Below are positions 27,801-42,800 of a DNA stretch of 64,000 nt, piece after piece (position 1 is the first letter of the stretch; the number at the start of each line of letters is the position of its first letter). The stretch comes from Macrostomum hystrix (lineage: Eukaryota; Animalia; Platyhelminthes): positions 6,696,001-6,760,000 of the forward strand of contig CATNEN010000025.1 of assembly GCA_950097015.1 (NCBI GenBank), written 5' to 3'. Below the pieces are notes generated by a model. That model made no database searches, was not told where the DNA came from, and worked only from the letters and a program-made list of their open reading frames with translations. Both the position numbers and the translations under genes were made by a program.

Positions 27801-30800
27801 TCTCTTCTCTCTCACCTCATCTCCTTCTTGTCTCCCAACTTATCTCTCTCTTCTCTCTCACGTCATCTCTCTCTTCTCTCCCAACTCATCTCTCTCTTCT
27901 CTCTCACCTCATCTCTCTCTTCTCTCCCAACTCATCTCTCTCTTCTCTCCCAACTCATCTCTCTCTTCTCTCCCAACTCATCTCTCTCTTCTCTCCCAAC
28001 TCACCTCTCTCTTCTCTCTCACCTCATCTCTTTCTTGTCTCCCAACTCATCTCTCTCTTGTCTCCCAACTCATCTCTCTCTTGTCTCCCAACTCATCTCT
28101 TTCTTGTCTCCCAACTCATCTCTCTCTTGTCTCCCAACTCATCTCTCTCTTGTCTCCCAACTCATCTCTCTCTTGTCTCCCAACTCATCTCTCTCTTGTC
28201 TCCCAACTCATCTCTCTCTTGTCTCTCATCTTATCTCTTTCTTGTCTCTCATCTTATCTCTCTCTTGTCTCCCAACTCATCTCTCTCTTGTCTCCCAACT
28301 CATCTCTCTCTTGTCTCTCATCTTATCTCTTTCTTGTCTCCCAACTCATCTCTCTCTTCTCTCCCAACTCACCTCATCTCTTTCTTGTCTCCCAACTCAT
28401 CTCTCTCTTGTCTCCCAACTCATCTCTCTCTTGTCTCCCAACTCATCTCTCTCTTGTCTCCCAACTCATCTCTCTCTTGTCTCCCAACTCATCTCTCTCT
28501 TCTCTCCCAACTCATCTCTCTCTTGTCTCTCACGTTATCTCTCTCTTCATTCCCATCTTATCTCTCTCTTCATTCCCATCTTATCTCTCTCTTCATTCCC
28601 ATCTTATCTCTCTCTTCATTCCCATCTTATCTCTCTCTTCATTCCCATCTCATCTCTCTCTTCTCTCCCAACTCTTGTCTCTCATCTCATCTCTCTCTCT
28701 TGTCTCTCATCTCATCTCTCTCTTGTCTCTCACCTCATCTCTCTCTTCTCTCTCATCTCATCTCTGTCTTGTCTCTCATCTCATCTCTCTCTTCTCTCCC
28801 AACTCATCTCTCTCTTCTCTCCCAACTCATCTCTCTCTTGTCTCTCACCTCATCTCTCTCTTGTCTCCCAACTTATCTCTCTCTTCTCTCACCTCATCTC
28901 TCTCTTGTCTCCCAACTCATCTCTCTCTTGTCTCTCACCTCATCTCTGTCTTGTCTCCCAACTCATCTCTCTCTTGTCTCCCAACTCATCTCTCTCTTGT
29001 CTCCCAACTTATCTCTCTCTTGTCTCCCAACTTATCTCTCTCTTCTCTCCCAACTCATCTCTCTCTTGTCTCTCATCTTATCTCTTTCTTGTCTCTCATC
29101 TTATCTCTCTCTTGTCTCCCAACTCATCTCTCTCTTCTCTCCCAACTCATCTCTCTCTTCTCTCCCAACTCATCTCTCTCTTGTCTCTCACCTCCTCTCT
29201 CTCTTCTCTCCCAACTCATCTCTCTCTTGTCTCCCAACTCATCTCTCTCTTGTCTCTCATCTTATCTCTCTCTTGTCTCCCAACTCATCTCTCTCTTGTC
29301 TCCCAACTCATCTCTCTCTTGTCTCTCATCTTATCTCTGTCTTGTCTCCCAACTTATCTCTCTCTTCTCTCCCAACTCATCTCTCTCTTCTCTCCCAACT
29401 CACCTCTCTCTTCTCTCTCACCTCATCTCTTTCTTGTCTCCCAACTCATCTCTCTCTTGTCTCCCAACTCATCTCTCTCTTGTCTCCCAACTCATCTCTC
29501 TCTTGTCTCCCAACTCATCTCTCTCTTGTCTCCCAACTCATCTCTCTCTTGTCTCCCAACTCATCTCTCTCTTGTCTCCCAACTTATCTCTCTCTTCTCT
29601 CCCAACTCATCTCTCTCTTCTCTCTCACCTCATCTCTCTCTTCTCTCCCAACTCATCTCTCTCTTCTCTCTCACCTCATCTCTCTCTTCTCTCCCAACTC
29701 ATCTCTCTCTTCTCTCTCACCTCATCTCTCTCTTCTCTCCCAACTCATCTCTCTCTTCTCTCCCAACTCATCTCTCTCTTCTCTCCCAACTCATCTCTCT
29801 CTTCTCTCCCAACTCACCTCTCTCTTCTCTCTCACCTCATCTCTTTCTTGTCTCCCAACTCATCTCTCTCTTGTCTCCCAACTTATCTCTCTCTTGTCTC
29901 CCAACTCATCTCTCTCTTGTCTCCCAACTCATCTCTCTCTTGTCTCCCAACTCATCTCTCTCTTGTCTCCCAACTCATCTCTCTCTTGTCTCTCATCTTA
30001 TCTCTTTCTTGTCTCTCATCTTATCTCTCTCTTGTCTCCCAACTCATCTCTCTCTTGTCTCCCAACTCATCTCTCTCTTGTCTCTCATCTTATCTCTTTC
30101 TTGTCTCCCAACTCATCTCTCTCTTGTCTCCCAACTCATCTCTCTCTTCTCTCCCAACTCACCTCATCTCTTTCTTGTCTCCCAACTCATCTCTCTCTTG
30201 TCTCCCAACTCATCTCTCTCTTGTCTCCCAACTCATCTCTCTCTTGTCTCCCAACTCATCTCTCTCTTGTCTCCCAACTCATCTCTCTCTTCTCTCCCAA
30301 CTCACCTCATCTCTTTCTTGTCTCCCAACTCATCTCTCTCTTGTCTCCCAACTCATCTCTCTCTTGTCTCCCAACTCATCTCTCTCTTGTCTCCCAACTC
30401 ATCTCTCTCTTGTCTCCCAACTCATCTCTCTCTTGTCTCCCAACTCATCTCTCTCTTCTCTCCCAACTCATCTCTCTCTTGTCTCTCACGTTATCTCTCT
30501 CTTCATTCCCATCTTATCTCTCTCTTCATTCCCATCTTATCTCTCTCTTCATTCCCATCTTATCTCTCTCTTTATTCCCATCTTATCTCTCTCTTCATTC
30601 CCATCTCATCTCTCTCTTCTCTCCCAACTCTTGTCTCTCATCTCATCTCTCTCTCTTGTCTCTCATCTCATCTCTCTCTTGTCTCTCACCTCATCTCTCT
30701 CTTCTCTCTCATCTCATCTCTGTCTTGTCTCTCATCTCATCTCTCTCTTCTCTCCCAACTCATCTCTCTCTTGTCTCCCAACTCATCTCTCTCTTGTCTC

Positions 30801-33800
30801 TAACCTCATCTCTCTCTTGTCTCCCAACTTATCTCTCTCTTCTCTCACCTCATCTCTCTCTTGTCTCCCAACTCATCTCTCTCTTGTCTCTCACCTCATC
30901 TCTGTCTTGTCTCCCAACTCATCTCTCTCTTGTCTCCCAACTCATCTCTCTCTTGTCTCCCAACTTATCTCTCTCTTGTCTCCCAACTCATCTCTCTCTT
31001 CTCTCCCAACTCATCTCTCTCTTGTCTCTCATCTTATCTCTTTCTTGTCTCTCATCTTATCTCTCTCTTGTCTCCCAACTCATCTCTCTCTTCTCTCCCA
31101 ACTCATCTCTCTCTTCTCTCCCAACTCATCTCTCTCTTGTCTCTCACCTCCTCTCTCTCTTCTCTCCCAACTCATCTCTCTCTTGTCTCCCAACTTATCT
31201 CTCTCTTCTCTCCCAACTCATCTCTCTCTTCTCTCTCACCTCATCTCCTTCTTGTCTCCCAACTTATCTCTCTCTTCTCTCTCACCTCATCTCTCTCTTC
31301 TCTCCCAACTCATCTCTCTCTTCTCTCTCACCTCATCTCTCTCTTCTCTCCCAACTCATCTCTCTCTTGTCTCTCATCTTATCTCTTTCTTGTCTCTCAT
31401 CTTATCTCTCTCTTGTCTCCCAACTCATCTTTCTCTTCTCTCCCAACTCATCTCTCTCTTCTCTCCCAACTCATCTCTCTCTTGTCTCTCACCTCCTCTC
31501 TCTCTTCTCTCCCAACTCATCTCTCTCTTGTCTCCCAACTTATCTCTCTCTTCTCTCCCAACTCATCTCTCTCTTCTCTCTCACCTCATCTCCTTCTTGT
31601 CTCCCAACTTATCTCTCTCTTCTCTCTCACCTCATCTCTCTCTTCTCTCCCAACTCATCTCTCTCTTCTCTCTCACCTCATCTCTCTCTTCTCTCCCAAC
31701 TCATCTCTCTCTTCTCTCCCAACTTATCTCTCTCTTCTCTCCCAACTCATCTCTCTCTTCTCTCCCAACTCACCTCTCTCTTCTCTCTCACCTCATCTCT
31801 TTCTTGTCTCCCAACTCATCTCTCTCTTGTCTCCCAACTCATCTCTCTCTTGTCTCTCATCTTATCTCTCTCTTGTCTCCCAACTCATCTCTCTCTTGTC
31901 TCCCAACTCATCTCTCTCTTGTCTCTCATCTTATCTCTTTCTTGTCTCTCATCTTATCTCTCTCTTGTCTCCCAACTCATCTCTCTCTTGTCTCCCAACT
32001 CATCTCTCTCTTGTCTCTCACCTCATCTCTTTCTTGTCTCCCAACTCATCTCTCTCTTGTCTCCCAACTTATCTCTCTCTTGTCTCCCAACTCATCTCTC
32101 TCTTGTCTCCCAACTCATCTCTCTCTTGTCTCTCATCTTATCTCTTTCTTGTCTCCCAACTCATCTCTCTCTTGTCTCCCAACTCATCTCTCTCTTCTCT
32201 CCCAACTCACCTCATCTCTTTCTTGTCTCCCAACTCATCTCTCTCTTGTCTCCCAACTCATCTCTCTCTTCTCTCCCAACTCATCTCTCTCTTGTCTCCC
32301 AACTCATCTCTCTCTTGTCTCCCAACTCATCTCTCTCTTGTCTCCCAACTCATCTCTCTCTTGTCTCCCAACTCATCTCTTTCTTGTCTCTCATCTTATC
32401 TCTCTCTTCTCTCCCAACTCATCTCTCTCTTCTCTCCCAACTCATCTCTCTCTTCTCTCCCAACTCATCTCTCTCTTCTCTCCCAACTCATCTCTCTCTT
32501 GTCTCCCAACTCATCTCTCTCTTGTCTCCCAACTCATCTCTCTCTTGTCTCTCATCTTATCTCTCTCTTGTCTCCCAACTCATCTCTCTCTTGTCTCCCA
32601 ACTCATCTCTCTCTTGTCTCTCATCTTATCTCTCTCTTGTCTCCCAACTTATCTCTCTCTTCTCTCCCAACTCATCTCTCTCTTCTCTCTCACCTCATCT
32701 CCTTCTTGTCTCCCAACTTATCTCTCTCTTCTCTCTCACCTCATCTCTCTCTTCTCTCCCAACTCATCTCTCTCTTCTCTCTCACCTCATCTCTCTCTTC
32801 TCTCCCAACTCATCTCTCTCTTCTCTCCCAACTTATCTCTCTCTTCTCTCCCAACTCATCTCTCTCTTCTCTCTCACCTCATCTCTCTCTTCTCTCCCAA
32901 CTCATCTCTCTCTTCTCTCCCAACTTATCTCTCTCTTCTCTCCCAACTTATCTCTCTCTTCTCTCTCACCTCATCTCTCTCTTCTCTCCCAACTCATCTC
33001 TCTCTTCTCTCCCAACTCATCTCTCTCTTCTCTCCCAACTCACCTCTCTCTTCTCTCTCACCTCATCTCTTTCTTGTCTCCCAACTCATCTCTCTCTTGT
33101 CTCCCAACTCATCTCTCTCTTGTCTCTCATCTTATCTCTCTCTTGTCTCCCAACTCATCTCTCTCTTGTCTCCCAACTCATCTCTCTCTTGTCTCTCATC
33201 TTATCTCTTTCTTGTCTCTCATCTTATCTCTCTCTTGTCTCCCAACTCATCTCTCTCTTGTCTCTCACCTCATCTCTTTCTTGTCTCCCAACTCATCTCT
33301 CTCTTGTCTCCCAACTTATCTCTCTCTTGTCTCCCAACTCATCTCTCTCTTGTCTCCCAACTCATCTCTCTCTTGTCTCCCAACTCATCTCTTTCTTGTC
33401 TCTCATCTTATCTCTCTCTTGTCTCCCAACTCATCTCTCTCTTGTCTCCCAACTTATCTCTCTCTTCTCTCCCAACTCATCTCTCTCTTGTCTCCCAACT
33501 CATCTCTCTCTTGTCTCTCATCTTATCTCTTTCTTGTCTCTCATCTTATCTCTCTCTTGTCTCCCAACTCATCTCTCTCTTGTCTCCCAACTCATCTCTC
33601 TCTTGTCTCTCACCTCATCTCTTTCTTGTCTCCCAACTCATCTCTCTCTTGTCTCCCAACTTATCTCTCTCTTGTCTCCCAACTCATCTCTCTCTTGTCT
33701 CCCAACTCATCTCTCTCTTGTCTCTCATCTTATCTCTTTCTTGTCTCCCAACTCATCTCTCTCTTGTCTCCCAACTCATCTCTCTCTTCTCTCCCAACTC

Positions 33801-36800
33801 ACCTCATCTCTTTCTTGTCTCCCAACTCATCTCTCTCTTGTCTCCCAACTCATCTCTCTCTTCTCTCCCAACTCATCTCTCTCTTGTCTCCCAACTCATC
33901 TCTCTCTTGTCTCCCAACTCATCTCTCTCTTGTCTCCCAACTCATCTCTCTCTTGTCTCCCAACTCATCTCTTTCTTGTCTCTCATCTTATCTCTCTCTT
34001 CTCTCCCAACTCATCTCTCTCTTCTCTCCCAACTCATCTCTCTCTTCTCTCCCAACTCATCTCTCTCTTCTCTCCCAACTCATCTCTCTCTTGTCTCCCA
34101 ACTCATCTCTCTCTTGTCTCCCAACTCATCTCTCTCTTGTCTCTCATCTTATCTCTCTCTTGTCTCCCAACTTATCTCTCTCTTGTCTCCCAACTCATCT
34201 CTCTCTTGTCTCTCATCTTATCTCTCTCTTGTCTCCCAACTTATCTCTCTCTTCTCTCCCAACTCATCTCTCTCTTCTCTCTCACCTCATCTCCTTCTTG
34301 TCTCCCAACTTATCTCTCTCTTCTCTCTCACCTCATCTCTCTCTTCTCTCCCAACTCATCTCTCTCTTCTCTCTCACCTCATCTCTCTCTTCTCTCCCAA
34401 CTCATCTCTCTCTTCTCTCCCAACTTATCTCTCTCTTCTCTCCCAACTCATCTCTCTCTTCTCTCTCACCTCATCTCTCTCTTCTCTCCCAACTCATCTC
34501 TCTCTTCTCTCCCAACTTATCTCTCTCTTCTCTCCCAACTTATCTCTCTCTTCTCTCTCACCTCATCTCTCTCTTCTCTCCCAACTCATCTCTCTCTTCT
34601 CTCCCAACTCATCTCTCTCTTCTCTCCCAACTCACCTCTCTCTTCTCTCTCACCTCATCTCTTTCTTGTCTCCCAACTCATCTCTCTCTTGTCTCCCAAC
34701 TCATCTCTCTCTTGTCTCTCATCTTATCTCTCTCTTGTCTCCCAACTCATCTCTCTCTTGTCTCCCAACTCATCTCTCTCTTGTCTCTCATCTTATCTCT
34801 TTCTTGTCTCTCATCTTATCTCTCTCTTGTCTCCCAACTCATCTCTCTCTTGTCTCTCACCTCATCTCTTTCTTGTCTCCCAACTCATCTCTCTCTTGTC
34901 TCCCAACTTATCTCTCTCTTGTCTCCCAACTCATCTCTCTCTTGTCTCCCAACTCATCTCTCTCTTGTCTCTCATCTTATCTCTTTCTTGTCTCCCAACT
35001 CATCTCTCTCTTGTCTCCCAACTCATCTCTCTCTTCTCTCCCAACTCACCTCATCTCTTTCTTGTCTCCCAACTCATCTCTCTCTTGTCTCCCAACTCAT
35101 CTCTCTCTTGTCTCCCAACTCATCTCTCTCTTGTCTCCCAACTCATCTCTCTCTTGTCTCCCAACTCATCTCTCTCTTGTCTCCCAACTCATCTCTCTCT
35201 TGTCTCCCAACTCATCTCTCTCTTGTCTCTCATCTTATCTCTTTCTTGTCTCTCATCTTATCTCTCTCTTGTCTCCCAGCTCATCTCTCTCTTGTCTCCC
35301 AACTCATCTCTCTCTTGTCTCCCAACTCATCTCTTTCTTGTCTCTCATCTTATCTCTCTCTTGTCTCCCAACTCATCTCTCTCTTGTCTCCCAACTTATC
35401 TCTCTCTTCTCTCCCAACTCATCTCTCTCTTGTCTCCCAACTTATCTCTCTCTTCTCTCTCATCTCATCTCTGTCTTGTCTCCCAACTCATCTCTCTCTT
35501 CTCTCCCAACTCATCTCTCTCTTCTCTCCCAACTCATCTCTCTCTTGTCTCCCAACTCATCTCTCTCTTCTCTCCCAACTCATCTCTCTCTTCTCTCCCA
35601 ACTCATCTCTCTCTTCTCTCCCAACTCATCTCTCTCTTCTCTCTCACCTCATCTCTCTCTTCTCTCCCAACTCATCTCTCTCTTCTCTCCCAACTCATCT
35701 CTCTCTTCTCTCCCAACTCACCTCTCTCTTCTCTCTCACCTCATCTCTTTCTTGTCTCCCAACTCATCTCTCTCTTGTCTCTCACGTTATCTCTCTCTTC
35801 ATTCCCATCTTATCTCTCTCTTCATTCCCATCTTATCTCTCTCTTCATTCCCATCTTATCTCTCTCTTCATTCCCATCTTATCTCTCTCTTTATTCCCAT
35901 CTTATCTCTCTCTTCATTCCCATCTTATCTCTCTCTTCATTCCCAACTTATCTCTCTCTTCTCTCCCAACTCATCTCTCTCTTCTCTCCCAACTCATCTC
36001 TCTCTTCTCTCCCAACTCATCTCTCTCTTGTCTCTCACCTCATCTCTCTCTTCTCTCCCAACTCATCTCTCTCTTGTCTCCCAACTTATCTCTCTCTTCT
36101 CTCCCAACTCATCTCTCTCTTCTCTCTCACCTCATCTCCTTCTTGTCTCCCAACTTATCTCTCTCTTCTCTCTCACCTCATCTCTCTCTTCTCTCCCAAC
36201 TCATCTCTCTCTTCTCTCTCACCTCATCTCTCTCTTCTCTCCCAACTCATCTCTCTCTTCTCTCCCAACTCATCTCTCTCTTCTCTCCCAACTCATCTCT
36301 CTCTTCTCTCCCAACTCACCTCTCTCTTCTCTCTCACCTCATCTCTTTCTTGTCTCCCAACTCATCTCTCTCTTGTCTCCCAACTCATCTCTCTCTTGTC
36401 TCCCAACTTATCTCTCTCTTCTCTCCCAACTCATCTCTCTCTTGTCTCCCAACTCATCTCTCTCTTGTCTCCCAACTCATCTCTCTCTTGTCTCTCATCT
36501 TATCTCTTTCTTGTCTCTCATCTTATCTCTCTCTTGTCTCCCAACTCATCTCTCTCTTGTCTCCCAACTCATCTCTCTCTTGTCTCTCATCTTATCTCTT
36601 TCTTGTCTCCCAACTCATCTCTCTCTTGTCTCCCAACTCATCTCTCTCTTCTCTCCCAACTCACCTCATCTCTTTCTTGTCTCCCAACTCATCTCTCTCT
36701 TGTCTCCCAACTCATCTCTCTCTTCTCTCCCAACTCACCTCATCTCTTTCTTGTCTCCCAACTCATCTCTCTCTTGTCTCCCAACTTATCTCTCTCTTGT

Positions 36801-39800
36801 CTCCCAACTCATCTCTCTCTTCTCTCCCAACTCATCTCTCTCTTGTCTCTCATCTTATCTCTTTCTTGTCTCTCATCATATCTCTCTCTTGTCTCCCAAC
36901 TCATCTCTCTCTTCTCTCCCAACTCATCTCTCTCTTGTCTCCCAACTCATCTCTCTCTTGTCTCCCAACTCATCTCTCTCTTGTCTCCCAACTTATCTCT
37001 CTCTTGTCTCCCAACTCATCTCTCTCTTCTCTCCCAACTCATCTCTCTCTTGTCTCTCATCTTATCTCTTTCTTGTCTCTCATCATATCTCTCTCTTGTC
37101 TCCCAACTCACCTCTCTCTTCTCTCCCAACTCATCTCTCTCTTCTCTCCCAACTCATCTCTCTCTTGTCTCTCACCTCCTCTCTCTCTTCTCTCCCAACT
37201 CATCTCTCTCTTGTCTCCCAACTTATCTCTCTCTTCTCTCCCAACTCATCTCTCTCTTCTCTCTCACCTCATCTCCTTCTTGTCTCCCAACTTATCTCTC
37301 TCTTCTCTCTCACCTCATCTCTCTCTTCTCTCCCAACTCATCTCTCTCTTCTCTCTCACCTCATCTCTCTCTTCTCTCCCAACTCATCTCTCTCTTGTCT
37401 CTCATCTTATCTCTTTCTTGTCTCTCATCTTATCTCTCTCTTGTCTCCCAACTCATCTTTCTCTTCTCTCCCAACTCATCTCTCTCTTCTCTCCCAACTC
37501 ATCTCTCTCTTGTCTCTCACCTCCTCTCTCTCTTCTCTCCCAACTCATCTCTCTCTTGTCTCCCAACTTATCTCTCTCTTCTCTCCCAACTCATCTCTCT
37601 CTTCTCTCTCACCTCATCTCCTTCTTGTCTCCCAACTTATCTCTCTCTTCTCTCTCACCTCATCTCTCTCTTCTCTCCCAACTCATCTCTCTCTTCTCTC
37701 TCACCTCATCTCTCTCTTCTCTCTCACCTCATCTCTCTCTTCTCTCTCACCTCATCTCTCTCTTCTCTCTCACCTCATCTCTCTCTTCTCTCTCACCTCA
37801 TCTCTCTCTTCTCTCTCACCTCATCTCTCTCTTCTCTCTCACCTCATCTCTCTCTTCTCTCCCAACTCATCTCTCTCTTCTCTCCCAACTTATCTCTCTC
37901 TTCTCTCCCAACTCATCTCTCTCTTCTCTCCCAACTCACCTCTCTCTTCTCTCTCACCTCATCTCTTTCTTGTCTCCCAACTCATCTCTCTCTTGTCTCC
38001 CAACTCATCTCTCTCTTGTCTCCCAACTTATCTCTCTCTTGTCTCCCAACTCATCTCTCTCTTGTCTCCCAACTTATCTCTCTCTTGTCTCCCAACTCAT
38101 CTCTCTCTTGTCTCCCAACTTATCTCTCTCTTGTCTCCCAACTTATCTCTCTCTTGTCTCCCAACTCATCTCTCTCTTGTCTCCCAACTCATCTCTCTCT
38201 TGTCTCCCAACTTATCTCTTTCTTGTCTCTCATCTTATCTCTCTCTTGTCTCCCAACTCATCTCTCTCTTGTCTCCCAACTCATCTCTCTCTTGTCTCTC
38301 ATCTTATCTCTCTCTTGTCTCCCAACTCATCTCTCTCTTGTCTCCCAACTCATCTCTCTCTTGTCTCCCAACTCATCTCTCTCTTGTCTCTCATCTTATC
38401 TCTTTCTTGTCTCTCATCTTATCTCTCTCTTGTCTCCCAACTCATCTCTCTCTTGTCTCCCAACTCATCTCTCTCTTGTCTTTCATCTTATCTCTTTCTT
38501 GTCTCTCATCTTATCTCTCTCTTGTCTCCCAACTCATCTCTTTCTTGTCTCCCAACTCATCTCTCTCTTGTCTCCCAACTCATCTCTCTCTTCTCTCCCA
38601 ACTCACCTCATCTCTTTCTTGTCTCCCAACTCATCTCTCTCTTGTCTCCCAACTCATCTCTCTCTTGTCTCCCAACTCATCTCTCTCTTGTCTCCCAACT
38701 CATCTCTCTCTTGTCTCCCAACTCATCTCTCTCTTGTCTCCCAACTCATCTCTCTCTTGTCTCCCAACTCATCTCTTTCTTGTCTCTCATCTTATCTCTC
38801 TCTTGTCTCCCAACTCATCTCTTTCTTGTCTCCCAACTCATCTCTCTCTTGTCTCCCAACTCATCTCTCTCTTGTCTCCCAACTTATCTCTCTCTTGTCT
38901 CCCAACTTATCTCTCTCTTGTCTCCCAACTCATCTCTCTCTTGTCTCCCAACTCATCTCTCTCTTGTCTCCCAACTTATCTCTTTCTTGTCTCTCATCTT
39001 ATCTCTCTCTTGTCTCCCAACTCATCTCTCTCTTGTCTCCCAACTCATCTCTCTCTTGTCTCTCATCTTATCTCTCTCTTGTCTCCCAACTCATCTCTCT
39101 CTTGTCTCCCAACTCATCTCTCTCTTGTCTCCCAACTCATCTCTCTCTTGTCTCTCATCTTATCTCTCTCTTGTCTCCCAACTCATCTCTCTCTTGTCTC
39201 CCAACTCATCTCTCTCTTGTCTCCCAACTCATCTCTCTCTTGTCTCTCATCTTATCTCTTTCTTGTCTCTCATCTTATCTCTCTCTTGTCTCCCAACTCA
39301 TCTCTTTCTTGTCTCCCAACTCATCTCTCTCTTGTCTCCCAACTCATCTCTCTCTTCTCTCCCAACTCACCTCATCTCTTTCTTGTCTCCCAACTCATCT
39401 CTCTCTTGTCTCCCAACTCATCTCTCTCTTGTCTCCCAACTCATCTCTCTCTTGTCTCCCAACTCATCTCTCTCTTGTCTCCCAACTCATCTCTCTCTTG
39501 TCTCCCAACTCATCTCTCTCTTGTCTCCCAACTCATCTCTTTCTTGTCTCTCATCTTATCTCTCTCTTCTCTCCCAACTCATCTCTCTCTTCTCTCTCAA
39601 CTCATCTCTCTCTTCTCTCCCAACTCATCTCTCTCTTCTCTCCCAACTCATCTCTCTCTTGTCTCCCAACTCATCTCTCTCTTGTCTCCCAACTCATCTC
39701 TCTCTTGTCTCTCATCTTATCTCTCTCTTGTCTCCCAACTCATCTCTCTCTTGTCTCCCAACTCATCTCTCTCTTGTCTCTCATCTTATCTCTCTCTTGT

Positions 39801-42800
39801 CTCCCAACTTATCTCTCTCTTCTCTCCCAACTCATCTCTCTCTTCTCTCCCAACTCACCTCTCTCTTCTCTCTCACCTCATCTCTTTCTTGTCTCCCAAC
39901 TCATCTCTCTCTTGTCTCCCAACTCATCTCTCTCTTGTCTCCCAACTCATCTCTCTCTTGTCTCCCAACTCATCTCTCTCTTGTCTCCCAACTCATCTCT
40001 CTCTTGTCTCCCAACTCATCTCTCTCTTGTCTCTCATCTTATCTCTTTCTTGTCTCTCATCTTATCTCTCTCTTGTCTCCCAGCTCATCTCTCTCTTGTC
40101 TCCCAACTCATCTCTTTCTTGTCTCTCATCTTATCTCTCTCTTGTCTCCCAACTCATCTCTCTCTTGTCTCCCAACTTATCTCTCTCTTCTCTCCCAACT
40201 CATCTCTCTCTTGTCTCCCAACTTATCTCTCTCTTCTCTCTCATCTCATCTCTGTCTTGTCTCCCAACTCATCTCTCTCTTGTCTCCCAACTCATCTCTC
40301 TCTTGTCTCCCAACTCATCTCTCTCTTCTCTCCCAACTCATCTCTCTCTTCTCTCCCAACTCATCTCTCTCTTCTCTCCCAACTCATCTCTCTCTTCTCT
40401 CTCACCTCATCTCTCTCTTCTCTCCCAACTCATCTCTCTCTTCTCTCCCAACTCATCTCTCTCTTCTCTCCCAACTCACCTCTCTCTTCTCTCTCACCTC
40501 ATCTCTTTCTTGTCTCCCAACTCATCTCTCTCTTGTCTCTCACGTTATCTCTCTCTTCATTCCCATCTTATCTCTCTCTTCATTCCCATCTTATCTCTCT
40601 CTTCATTCCCATCTTATCTCTCTCTTCATTCCCATCTTATCTCTCTCTTTATTCCCATCTTATCTCTCTCTTCATTCCCATCTTATCTCTCTCTTCATTC
40701 CCAACTTATCTCTCTCTTCTCTCCCAACTCATCTCTCTCTTCTCTCCCAACTCATCTCTCTCTTCTCTCCCAACTCATCTCTCTCTTGTCTCTCACCTCA
40801 TCTCTCTCTTCTCTCCCAACTCATCTCTCTCTTGTCTCCCAACTTATCTCTCTCTTCTCTCCCAACTCATCTCTCTCTTCTCTCTCACCTCATCTCCTTC
40901 TTGTCTCCCAACTTATCTCTCTCTTCTCTCTCACCTCATCTCTCTCTTCTCTCCCAACTCATCTCTCTCTTCTCTCTCACCTCATCTCTCTCTTCTCTCC
41001 CAACTCATCTCTCTCTTCTCTCCCAACTCATCTCTCTCTTCTCTCCCAACTCACCTCTCTCTTCTCTCTCACCTCATCTCTTTCTTGTCTCCCAACTCAT
41101 CTCTCTCTTGTCTCCCAACTCATCTCTCTCTTGTCTCCCAACTTATCTCTCTCTTCTCTCCCAACTCATCTCTCTCTTGTCTCCCAACTCATCTCTCTCT
41201 TGTCTCCCAACTCATCTCTCTCTTGTCTCTCATCTTATCTCTTTCTTGTCTCTCATCTTATCTCTCTCTTCATTCCCATCTTATCTCTCTCTTTATTCCC
41301 ATCTTATCTCTCTCTTTATTCCCATCTTATCTCTCTCTTCATTCCCATCTTATCTCTCTCTTCATTCCCAACTTATCTCTCTCTTCTCTCCCAACTCATC
41401 TCTCTCTTCTCTCCCAACTCATCTCTCTCTTCTCTCCCAACTCATCTCTCTCTTGTCTCTCACCTCATCTCTCTCTTCTCTCCCAACTCATCTCTCTCTT
41501 GTCTCCCAACTTATCTCTCTCTTCTCTCCCAACTCATCTCTCTCTTCTCTCTCACCTCATCTCCTTCTTGTCTCCCAACTTATCTCTCTCTTCTCTCTCA
41601 CCTCATCTCTCTCTTCTCTCCCAACTCATCTCTCTCTTCTCTCTCACCTCATCTCCTTCTTGTCTCCCAACTCATCTCTCTCTTCTCTCCCAACTCATCT
41701 CTCTCTTCTCTCCCAACTCACCTCTCTCTTCTCTCTCACCTCATCTCTTTCTTGTCTCTCACCTCATCTCTCTCTTCTCTCCCAACTCATCTCTCTCTTC
41801 TCTCCCAACTCACCTCTCTCTTCTCTCTCACCTCATCTCTTTCTTGTCTCCCAACTCATCTCTCTCTTGTCTCCCAACTCATCTCTCTCTTGTCTCTCAT
41901 CTTATCTCTTTCTTGTCTCCCAACTTATCTCTCTCTTGTCTCCCAACTCATCTCTCTCTTCTCTCTCACCTCATCTCTCTCTTCTCTCCCAACTCATCTC
42001 TCTCTTCTCTCTCACCTCATCTCCTTCTTGTCTCCCAACTCATCTCTCTCTTCTCTCCCAACTCATCTCTCTCTTCTCTCCCAACTCACCTCTCTCTTCT
42101 CTCTCACCTCATCTCTTTCTTGTCTCCCAACTCATCTCTCTCTTGTCTCCCAACTCATCTCTCTCTTGTCTCCCAACTTATCTCTCTCTTGTCTCCCAAC
42201 TCATCTCTCTCTTGTCTCCCAACTCATCTCTCTCTTGTCTCTCATCTTATCTCTTTCTTGTCTCCCAACTCATCTCTCTCTTGTCTCCCAACTCATCTCT
42301 CTCTTGTCTCTCATCTTATCTCTCTCTTGTCTCCCAACTCATCTCTCTCTTCTCTCCCAACTCATCTCTCTCTTGTCTCCCAACTCATCTCTCTCTTGTC
42401 TCCCAACTTATCTCTCTCTTGTCTCCCAACTCATCTCTCTCTTCTCTCCCAACTCATCTCTCTCTTGTCTCCCAACTCATCTCTCTCTTGTCTCCCAACT
42501 CATCTCTCTCTTGTCTCTCATCTTATCTCTTTCTTGTCTCTCATCTTATCTCTCTCTTGTCTCCCAACTCATCTCTCTCTTGTCTCCCAACTCATCTCTC
42601 TCTTGTCTCCCAACTCATCTCTCTCTTGTCTCCCAACTTATCTCTCTCTTGTCTCCCAACTCATCTCTCTCTTCTCTCCCAACTCATCTCTCTCTTGTCT
42701 CCCAACTCATCTCTCTCTTGTCTCCCAACTCATCTCTCTCTTGTCTCTCATCTTATCTCTTTCTTGTCTCTCATCTTATCTCTTTCTTGTCTCCCAACTC

